Positions 51,177 to 60,280 of a stretch of DNA of 64,000 nt are shown in pieces (position 1 is the first letter of the stretch; each line of letters starts with the position of its first letter). The stretch spans positions 24,452-88,451 of the forward strand of contig CAVYPD010000025.1 in NCBI GenBank assembly GCA_963770275.1, written 5' to 3'. The notes beneath the pieces are model-generated. The model worked only from the letters and a program-made list of their open reading frames with translations. It was not told the DNA's origin and searched no databases. Made by a program: the position numbers and the translations under genes. Source of the stretch: an uncultured Alphaproteobacteria bacterium (GTDB taxonomy: Bacteria > Pseudomonadota > Alphaproteobacteria > Rhizobiales > Beijerinckiaceae).

Positions 51177-52640
51177 GCCTTGCGCCTTGCAGCTGACGGG
51201 GCGCGCCACCGCGCCGTTGGTGAAGATCGCGTTCGGGCGCTGGGCGTGCTCGGCGACCACCTCTTCGAGCGGCCGCACCTCGTCGACATGGCCGCCGAGC
51301 GCCGCGTAATCGTCAAGGCGCAAGGTGAATTCAATCGGCGCGACGATCGCGGGCGTCGGCACGTAGCCGAAGGAGTTCTCGGGCAAGAGCGTGACGTCGA
51401 CCATGAAGGTGATGCCGCCGCCCGGCCAGACCGTGACCGGCGCGCCGCCCGCGGTCACGGTCGTCAGCGCCTGACGCACCGAACGCGTGAGCCGAACGGG
51501 ATTCTCCGTCACGCCGGCGCGCAGCGAACCCCCGGCGCCCGCCATGAAGAGGACCGAGCAGAGCGCCGGCTCGCAATTCTCGCTGATGCGCTCGACCGAT
51601 TCGCGCAAGGCTTCCGGCAGCTCCGCCTGGATCGGGCGCAAATCCTCGTCGAGCCGATAGAAGGCGTGCTGCTCGCCGGTCGTCGAGACCATCAGCATCG
51701 TCAGGCCAGCTCGCGCCACCTTCGGATTGAAGCCCGCGACGATGTCGAGCGGATCGGAGACATTCGTTCCGCCCCAGCCGGTTCCGGGCTCGGCGACGTG
51801 GAAATAGCGGCCGGGCGTCGAGCGGCGCCCTTTCATCCTGATGCCGGTGTCGCGCATGCCCAGGAGCTTGCCCGCCTGATGTTCGGACAAGACGCCGGTG
51901 ATGTGGTCGTCGACGACAACCACTTCATCGACCTTGTCGCCCCATTGCTTGGCGAACATGCCGATCGTCGCCGAGCCGCAGCCGACGCGCATGCGCTCCT
52001 CGAGCTTGCCATTGATGATCGGCGCCTTGCCGGCCTGCACGATCACGTTCGCGCCGCCGTCGACGACAAGCTCGACACTCTTGCCGTTGCAAAGATTGAG
52101 CAGAGTGTCGCAGGTGACGCGGCCCTCTTTCTTGCCGCCGTGGGTGAGGTGATTGACGCCGCCGAGCGAGAGCATCTGCGAACCATATTCGCCGGTCGTC
52201 ACATGGCCGACCGGCTCGCCCTCGGCGCGCACGATGGCGCATTCGGCGCCGAGATGGCGATCGGTGTCGATTTTCAGCTTCACGCCGCAATAGCTGTAGA
52301 TGCCCTCGGTGACGACCGTCACCATGTCGACTCCATCGACCTTGGAGGAAACGATGAAGGGGGCGGGCTTGTAGTCGGGATAGGTGGTGCCGGCGCCGAC
52401 CGCGGTGACCAGCGGACCGGGTCGCCGGAGGATGTCGCCGCTCCAGGCGGCCTCGGCATTGACGAAAGGCACGACCTTGCCGCCTTCGCTTAACGTCCGG
52501 TCGAGCAGCACATGCGGGTCGACCCGCACCAATTGGCCATCCCGGTTCGCATAGCGGTCGCAGGCGCCCGTCATCCCCGGCCGGATGTAGCAAAGGACCG
52601 GACAGGCGTCGCAGCGGATCTTGTCGCCGGCCTCGCTCAT
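51173..52640 (-). CDS. hnr: 6-hydroxynicotinate reductase
   Basis: N-terminal CDACPVLC...GACDRY; GAGTTYPDYKPAP, YSYCG, MRVGCGSATIG, PGRYF; lies between ndh and ena; 3' end approximate. Confidence 0.88.
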
Positions 52641-55400
52641 GCTTGCGCTCTGGCGGCTGCGAGGATCGCCTGGCGCACGCGGTCCGGGGTGGCGGGGGCG
52701 CGGTGCATTCGCACGCCTGTCGCGTGATGGATGGCGTTGAAGATCGCAGGCGCGGTCGGAATCAACGCCTGCTCGCCGATGCCCTTGGCCCCGAACGGGC
52801 CGACGGAGGAGCCATCCTCGATCAGGATGCACTCGACCGGCGGCATGTCGCCGATCGTCGGGATCAGATAGTCGTGCAGGTTCTCGCCCTTGCCGGGGAA
52901 GAACTCCTCCATCAACGCGAGGCCGAGGCCCTGCGCCGCGCCGCCCTCGATCTGGCCTTCGACAAGCGTCGGATTGATGGCGCGGCCGACATCGTGCGCG
53001 CAGACGAGGCGCAGCACTTTGACACGCCCCAACTCCACATCGACTTCGATCTCCGCCATATGCGCGCCGGAACCGAACACGGCGTAAGGATTGCCCTGCC
53101 CATTCTCGTCGAGCGGGGTCGTCGGCGGGTCGAATGTCTCGACGACCTCCACCACGAAACCAGCGGCGTTGAGCGCTAAGGCCGCGAGCTCAATGCGCCG
53201 CTCGCCGGCGGCATCCGCGATGACCACTGAGCCGGTCTCGAAACGGAGCTTCGCGTCCTCGCCGACGTTGGCGAGACGCAAAAGCTCGCGTCTCATCGCG
53301 CGCGCCGCGAGGGCGGCTGCGTTCCCCGAAACGAAGGTCTGCCGCGAAGCGGAGGTCTTGCCGCAGTCCGGCGTTATGTCGGTGTCCGCGGATACGAGAT
53401 CGATCTGCTCGATCGGCGCGCCAAGCGCGTCGGCGCAAATCTGCGCGATGACTGTATTCGAGCCCTGACCGAGATCGACCGCGCCCTGGAACAGAGCGAA
53501 GCGGCCGTTGGATTTCAGGCCGAGGCGCATCGTCGAGGGATTCGACATTGAGGTGTTGCCGCAGCCGTACCACATGCCGGCAACGCCGACGCCGCGCTTC
53601 ACGGGGCCTCGAGCCTCGGCGTTGTGCAGTTCCGCCGCGGCGCGCGCCTCGATCCAACGGGGGCGCAAGCGCTTCGAGACACGCCTTGAAGCCCATGCCG
53701 TCCGCGAAGATCTGGCCGGTCACAGTCGGCTCGCCCGCGCCAAGCGCGTTGAGGATGCGGAACTCGAGCGGGTCGATATTCAGACGAAGCGCGAGCTCGT
53801 CGTAGAGCTGCTCTTGCGCGATCGCGCTCTGCGGCACGCCGAAGCCGCGAAAGGCGCCGGCGGGCACGAGATGCGTGTGGATGGCCCGTCCCAGAGCCCG
53901 GTAGTGCGGCATGCGATAGGGGCCCGAGGCATGCACCGGCACGCGGTTCGCAACCGTCGGTCCCCAAGAGGCGTAGGCGCCGGTGTTGAAATCGGCCGAG
54001 AAATCCATGGCCACGAGACGTCCGTCGCGCATCGCGCCGATCTTTGCGACCATGCGCGCCGGGTGGCGCTTGGTCGTGGTCATGATCGATTCGCGGCGCG
54101 AGTAAACCATGCGGACAGGCCGATCGAGCAGCCAGGCGGCGACTGCGACGAAGGGCTGAATCGACAGATCGAGCTTCGCGCCAAAACCACCGCCGACCGC
54201 CGTCGGGATGATCCGCACCCGGTCTGGCGCGATTCCAAGGATCTTCGCGACGTCGTCGCGGTCCATGTAGGGCGCCTGCGTGCAGGCCTGGATCTCGATG
54301 CGGTCGCCGACACGGCGAGCAAAGCCCGCCTCGGGTTCGATGTAGGCGTGCTCGACGAAACCGGTCTCGAAAGCGCCTTCAACCACGATGTCCGCGGCGG
54401 CGAGGCCCGCAGCGACATCGCCGCGCGTCACGCGTCCGGTCGTCAGGATGTTATGAGCGCGGCGCGGATGAATGCGTTCGGCGCCCTCTTCGAGCGCCTC
54501 TTCGAGCGTCGTGAGCGCGGGCCGCGGGCTCCAGGTTACGGGAAACGTCGCAAGGTCGAGATCGCGCATCGTCTCACTGTCGCCGACCACCAGCGCGACG
54601 GCCTCGCCGCGAAAGCGGGCGAAGCTCTCCGCGAGCACCGGCTGGTCCGCGAAAGCCGCAATCACGCCATAGCAATTCGCGCCGGGGACATCCCTGGCGG
54701 TGAAGACGGCGGCGATTCCCGGATGAGCACGCTGAAACGCCTCGACGTCGCCGAGAACGAACGCGGCGTGCGCGTGAGGCGATCGGACCGCACGCGCCGT
54801 CAGCGCTTCGGCCGGCCATTCGTCAGCGCCGAAGATTTCCGCGCCCGAGAGTTTGCGGGCGCCGTCGAGGCGGGGAATACGTCGCCCCACCGCGGTCTCT
54901 TGAGGCAGCTCCGCAACGTCGCGAGCGCCGAAGTGGTGTGCGTCCTTCACGGCGTCGAGAATGGCTCGATAACCGGTGCAGCGGCACAGCACGCCGGCGA
55001 GCGCGTTCTGGATTTCCTCTTCGCTGGGCTGGGCCTCCCGTCGCAGCAACCCGACCGCGGTGGTGAGGACGCCTGGCGTGCAAACGCCGCATTGCGCGGC
55101 GCCATGCGCGTGCAAGGCGGCGCGCAACTGCGCGACGACCGCCTCGTCGTCGCTGAGCCCCTCGATCGTTTCAATCGAACGCCCTTCCGTCTGCCCAATG
55201 GCGGTCAAGCAGGCGCAAACCGCTTCGCCGTCGATCAGCACAGTGCAGGCTCCGCAATCGCCAGCGTCGCAGCCGACCTTGACGCCCGTCAGTCCGCATT
55301 GCTCGCGCAGGACATGACTGAGGCGTTCGAGCGGGGATCCGGAAAGGCGCGCCGGTTTCCCGTTGAGGGTCAACGAGACGCCGGACGAGCGTTCGAGCAT
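52637..55400 (-). CDS. Nicotinate dehydrogenase: fused [2Fe-2S] and molybdopterin subunits (NdhS-L-M-like); indel near 53670
   Basis: GCDAGDCGAC, QCGVC, LCRCTGY, GGGFGAK, AFRGFG, GQIEGG, AKGIGE. Confidence 0.88.
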
Positions 55401-56249
55401 CAGACGACGCCTCCAGTCTGGCGAAGCGCGCAAGCGTCGATCGCTCGCCTCAGCAACGTCAACGCGGCGTCGCGCCGATAGTCCGCGCTTGCGCGGATGT
55501 CGTCAATCGGCGCCAGCTGCGCAAGGTCGTTCGCCTCTATCAACCGTGCCGAGGCCCGGGGACGCAGACGCGCCGATCAGACGACGCTCCGCTTGCCTTA
55601 TCCGCTGGGCGACGGCGGAGCAGGCGCCGACGGCGATTCGTGCGTCGCGCACAATCCCTTCGACGACGTCGAGCGCGACGGCGACCATCACGATTGAAAT
55701 CACGAGATAACGGCGGGCCCCAAGTTTGAAGAACGCCGACCGCATCGTCGGGGAGGGCAGCGGCGTTATGATCGCAGTCATCACTTCGTCAGGCGCCAGT
55801 AAGGTGCGTCGGGCGCCGTTGATAAAAACATCGAGCGCAAGACGGCGAGTCCCACGCCGGGAGGCGAGCTCCACCTCGGCGTCGAGGATCAGCAGAGGCG
55901 GCGCTCCATCGGCGGCAGGCGATGCATTGCAGAGATTTCCGGCGATCGTGCCTCGATTTTGGATCTGAACGGCGCCGACGTCTCGCGCCGCGACTTTCAG
56001 CGCGTCGAAGGCCGGCGGCAGATCGGCCCGCACGATATCGCTCCACGTCGTGGCCGCGCCGATGCGCACGCACGCGCCGTCCACGCTCACACCGCGGAGC
56101 GCGGATATGCCGGAAACGTCTACGAAATCGGCTTGCAAGGGACGCTCGCCCGCGCCGGGGTAAACGTCAGTCCCGCCAGCGATGACGCGGGCGCCGCTTT
56201 CGGCCAGCAACCCCAGCGCGTCGTCGAGGTTGGAAGGTCGAGCGTACAT
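55400..56249 (-). CDS. Nicotinate dehydrogenase FAD subunit (NdhF/CoxM-like); indel near 55540
   Basis: AGGTD, QIQNRGTIAGN, ASPAADG; restored C-terminus PIDDIRASADYR...GVV-TGA overlaps the next ATG. Confidence 0.88.
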
Positions 56250-56271
56250 GCGAGCAGCTCACACGTCGGAT

Positions 56272-56312
56272 GTTTGTATGCAAATGATCGAGAGGAACTG
56301 GCGCTTTGTCAA
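56272..56312 (-). promoter_or_regulatory. sigma70 promoter of the ndh operon with overlapping palindromic operator
   Basis: Minus strand TTGACA-17 nt-GATCAT; operator ATTTGCATACAAAC (56272-56285), 12/14 identical to the ena operator. Confidence 0.7.
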
Positions 56313-56777
56313 GGACTGTCCGTCAAGCAGGGGGAATCGCCTGACGCTGTGGGGAACGTACTTCGCAAGGTTGCACCTCCCTCAACATCGAACTCTGCTA
56401 AGCTGATTGGGTTCAGATGTGAGATTGGCGCCGTGCGGGCCGCGAGCGCTTCGAAAGCCTCGCTAGCCTCAACCAGAACCGGCGGGGTCGCCGATGGCGC
56501 CCTCAATAGCGGCGGCCACCGCGAGGCGCTACAAAGTTCTTACCTCATTCGTGGCCTGATAATCAGTCACCTTTGTGCAGGATTTGATCCGGTCTTTTGC
56601 CATTCCGGCATGAAGCGTGTTCCGCTTTGCGAAAGCCTCTCCTGTTTCCGCGAAAAGGAATCGTTTCCGCTCCCCGTCTTCTCCTGCCTGTTGCGTTGCG
56701 GAGCAGCTGCGCGCGACGCAGGACAACCCCGCACTCAAGAAGGCCGCCATATCAGGGGCGTACCAAAGGGGCGCGCC

Positions 56778-58070
56778 ATGAGCGAGACCCGAAAACTAGC
56801 AGCAATTCTGGTTGCTGACATCGTGGGCTATAGCCGGCTCGCCGGCGCCGACGAGGAGCGTACGCTTGCGCGCCTTCGGGGCCTCCGCAGCGACTTGGTC
56901 GATCCCTCCATCGCCGCCCATCGCGGCCGTATCGTCAAGCGCACGGGCGACGGATCGATCATCGAGTTCCGCAGTGTGGTCGACGCCGTGCGCTGCGCGG
57001 TCGAAATTCAGCACGGCATGGCCGAGCGAAACGCCGGCGTGAATGAGAACCGGCGGATTGAATTTCGCATCGGCATTCATTTGGGCGATGTCGTCGAGGA
57101 GAGCGACGGCGATCTGATGGGTGACGGCGTCAATATCGCCACGCGCCTCGAAGGCATCTGCAAGCGGGGCGCGGTCTGCCTGTCGGAGGATGCCTATCGG
57201 CAGGTCAAGGGGCGGCTCGATCTCGCGGTCAGCGACCTTGGCCCGACCCAACTCAAGAACATCGCCGAACCGGTTCGGGTCTATTCGCTTGAGATCGGCG
57301 TCCCCGCGCAGGCGCAGCCCAGCGAACCGAAGAGACGTTTGTCGTCCGCGCTGATTGCGATAGGGATTGCCGCGTTGGCCGTATTGGCCGCGGCGAGCGC
57401 CTGGTATTTCCTCAATGCGAACCGGCCCGCAAGCGTCGCCACGAAGACGCCCGCCGAGGCCGCGCGTCTTTCCATCGTCGTCACGCCCTTCGCCAATCTC
57501 TCAGGCGATCCGGGGCAGGACTACCTCGTCGACGCCCTGACCGACGAACTGACCACCAGTCTCGCGCCTCCGCGACACCTTCGTCATCGCGCGCAACACG
57601 GCCATGTCATTCAAGGGCAAGCCGATCGACGCCAAGGCGGTCGGCAAGGATCTGGGCGTGCGCTATGTTCTCGAAGGCTCAGTGCAGCCGAGCGGCGATA
57701 TCTGGACAAGGCGATACTGGCGAGCCCACACGATCCGACGCTCAACTATTGGTATGACAGCAAGGCGTGGGCCAATTTCGGGCTGAAGCGTTATGATCAG
57801 CCGATTGAACTGGCGCGCCGGACGCTCGCAATCAATCCTAAAGACCCGTTTGCGCATGTGGTCCTGGTGGCGGCGCTCGCCTTGACCGATAAGGATGCGG
57901 AAGCGCGCGAGGCGCTGCAGCGCTACCTCGCGCCGCCCTCCACCACGCCGTTCAAGACGATCGCGGCGTGGAAGTCATCCCAGATGTCCCGGGGCGGCAA
58001 TCCACGCTTCCTCGACATGAGCGAACGGTCGTACGAAGGCCTGCGCAAGGCGGGGATGCCGGAGGAGTGA
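56778..58070 (+). pseudogene. Class III adenylate/guanylate cyclase-TM-TolB-like-TPR protein with frameshift and internal deletion
   Basis: MSETRKLAAILVADIVGYSRL, TGDG, RIGIHLGDV, GDGVNIA; TolB-like segment ends at VLEGSVQPSG and jumps to the terminal TPRs. Confidence 0.75.
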
Positions 58071-58170
58071 GCCTGCGCCACTCGTCGGCCAGACCTTGAC
58101 GCTCGGATTGTCCTGACGGCCGGCCACGATTGCTGCCCCTCGGCCGTCCACTTAACGTCGTCGAAACTGC

Positions 58171-58611
58171 TCAACTGATTGAGTTTTGGCCCTGGAGCTT
58201 CGCAAGCGTGGCCGGATCCGAGGCGCCGGCAAAATACTTGCCGATGCAGCGCTGAAAGAGGTCCTCGTCCGACGCGGCCCGGGCGAACAGGGTCATGGAC
58301 GAGCGGAACTTCATTTCGTCGATCCCACCAAAAATGTCGCGCGCGGTCTTGCCTTCCACCTCGAGCGTGAGCTGCGCGCATTCCCTAAGCCTCGCGCCGA
58401 GGACGGGGTGGGCGAGATAGGCTTCCGCTTCGTCCAGCGAGGCGACCGCGAACCGGATCGACATGGAGCTCTGTCCGAGACCCGCGATCTGGGGAAAGAT
58501 GAACCACATCCAATGGCTTTCCTTCCGCCCGACCTTCAACTCCTGGCGAACCTGGTCGTAGATTGGCCTCTGCGCGTCGACGAAGCGATCGAGATTGAAC
58601 GAGTCCGTTAT
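58171..58611 (-). CDS. DUF1810 family protein (apparent ATA start codon)
   Basis: DSFNLDRFVDAQ...GRKESHWMWFIFPQIAGLG, YLAHPVLGARL, KFRSSMTLF; AGGAGG 5 nt before ATA. Confidence 0.85.
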   Translation of the reverse strand: MTDSFNLDRFVDAQRPIYDQVRQELKVGRKESHWMWFIFPQIAGLGQSSMSIRFAVASLDEAEAYLAHPVLGARLRECAQLTLEVEGKTARDIFGGIDEMKFRSSMTLFARAASDEDLFQRCIGKYFAGASDPATLAKLQGQNSIS

Positions 58612-58782
58612 CCGCGCCTCCTAAAATCGCCACGACGTTCCACGGGAGCGCCCAATTCCGGTTGCGCGCGCCCCGAGCACCTTGCGTCTGGCTTGAACCG
58701 CGAGCGCAAGACGAGCGCAATACAGGAGTATTTCGACGCCCTGGCGCCTCCCGGACGACAATTTCGTCACTAAACCGCCTGC

Positions 58783-59637
58783 TCAGTTCGTCTTTGGATA
58801 GTCCGCGCCACGCGCCGCGGCCTCAACCGAAGCGTGCTCTTTGCGCACAGCTTCGATCTCCGCCCCCATGGACTCGTAAGCGAAGGCGCCAAGCGGCAGT
58901 CGGAGCGGCGGATGTTCCTGTTCAACCGCGGTGATAATCGCTTCCGACGCGCGGACAGGATCGCCCGGCTGATTTCCGCTGAAGCTCTGGATCTGGCGCC
59001 GTCGCCCGATCGCCGTCTCGGCGTAAGCGTCGACGGGCTTCTTTGGCGTCTTCAGAGAGCGGCCGGCCCAGTCGGTGCGGAAAGGGCCGGGTTCGACGAT
59101 AACGACCTTGATTCCGAGCGGCGTGACTTCCTTCGACAGCGCCTCCGACAGCCCTTCGACCGCAAACTTGGTCGCAGCGTAATAGCCGGACCCGGGGAAA
59201 CCGATGAAGCCTCCGATCGACGAGATGTTGACGATCGCTCCCGACTTTTGGGTGCGCATGATCGGCAGCACCGCGCGCGTCATGGCGGCGAGGCCGAAGA
59301 AATTGGTGTCGAACATCGCGCGCACGTCGGCGTCGTCGCCTTCCTCGATGGCCGCGAGATAGCCGTAGCCGGCGTTGTTGACGAGGACGTCGATCCGGCC
59401 GAAGCGGGCCTCGGCCGCCTTGACCGCTGCGCCGATCTGGTTCTGCTTATCGACGTCGAGCGCAAGCGCGAGGCCATTCTTGTCGTGGCCAGCGACAATG
59501 TCGTCGACCTTCGCCTTGTCGCGCGCCGTCACGACGACGCGGTAGCCGCGCTTGAGGAGAATGACGGAGAGCTCGCGACCAAATCCGGTCGAGCAGCCGG
59601 TGATGAACCAAACAGGTTTCGATTGGGCGTCCGCCAT
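58783..59637 (-). CDS. Short-chain dehydrogenase/reductase
   Basis: VWFITGCSTGFG, NNAGYG, YAATK, EPGPFRT. Confidence 0.93.
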   Translation of the reverse strand: MADAQSKPVWFITGCSTGFGRELSVILLKRGYRVVVTARDKAKVDDIVAGHDKNGLALALDVDKQNQIGAAVKAAEARFGRIDVLVNNAGYGYLAAIEEGDDADVRAMFDTNFFGLAAMTRAVLPIMRTQKSGAIVNISSIGGFIGFPGSGYYAATKFAVEGLSEALSKEVTPLGIKVVIVEPGPFRTDWAGRSLKTPKKPVDAYAETAIGRRRQIQSFSGNQPGDPVRASEAIITAVEQEHPPLRLPLGAFAYESMGAEIEAVRKEHASVEAAARGADYPKTN

Positions 59638-59759
59638 GACGGCCTCGCAAAGTTGGGAGTGGGAAGGCGAGAGTTTCGCATGACGTCCCCCGAAAGTGCA
59701 ACGCTTGCTGTATTGATGTGGTGAGCTTACGTTCAATGCACATGAAGACCGTGTCCTCC

Positions 59760-59996
59760 ATGCTGCAGATTCGAAATCGTCGTGTCGTCGAACTGGCGGC
59801 GAAACTTGCTGCTGTTCGCCGCAGCACCAAGACGGACGCTGTGCTAACGGCGCTCGAAAATGAACTCGCGTGCATTGAACGCGAGAAGTCGCTGGCGGAG
59901 CGCATAGAGTCCATTCAAGAGCGCATCGCGGCCGTTCCGCTCACAGGCCTGGAGGCCGACAAGGACTTTTTCGACGATCTCAGCGGCAACTCGTGA
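59760..59996 (+). CDS. vapB: VapB-type antitoxin (Rv0623/PSK_trans_fac-like)
   Basis: MLQIRN..V.ELA.KLA.....TKTDAV..AL, acidic tail DKDFFDDLSG; GTGA overlap with the vapC start. Confidence 0.8.
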   Translation: MLQIRNRRVVELAAKLAAVRRSTKTDAVLTALENELACIEREKSLAERIESIQERIAAVPLTGLEADKDFFDDLSGNS

Positions 59997-60159
59997 TTGT
60001 TGTCGACGCGTCCGCCGTTGCCCCTATCCTCACCGGAAAGTCCGAGGCGACGCCCAGACGGGAGCACTGGAAGGCTGCGCTCAGGCCAAGGTCGGCGGCG
60101 CTTCTTTCCTCCACAAAGGTGAAGATTTCTCGGAGACGGATATCGAGAGCGCGTCCTGA
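59993..60159 (+). pseudogene. vapC: VapC PIN toxin with the central part deleted
   Basis: N-terminus MIVVDASAVAPIL.G..EA and C-terminus LHKGEDFSETDIESAS-stop (another frame) within only 167 nt. Confidence 0.75.
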
Positions 60160-60280
60160 GCGGCCGCCGCCTCTCGTCCACCCGAATTTGACAGTCGGCC
60201 TCGGCGTCTCCATATCCCGCCGCCAGACGGCTAAGGGCAATTGGGGCTGCGTCGCTCGGCGCCCAAAGGAAATTTCCTGA

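Noticed and set aside
50637-52832. 731-aa Hnr-UPF0280 fusion
   Set aside because: An ATGA overlap at 51173-51176 and the local indel density suggest two genes joined by a frameshift; a real fusion needs read confirmation
50901-55481. Long + strand ORFs (530 and 657 aa) and similar antisense ORFs at 32771-34036, 47001-48395 and 58834-59724
   Set aside because: Shadow ORFs opposite well-supported genes in GC-rich DNA; no motifs
52637-56249. Selenocysteine or programmed frameshifting in ndh and other split genes
   Set aside because: The breaks are frame changes rather than in-frame TGA codons, and no common slippery sequence was seen
55959-56777. Long N-terminal extension on the adenylate cyclase ORF
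   Set aside because: It overlaps ndhF antisense and its promoter; family similarity begins at MSETRKL (56778)
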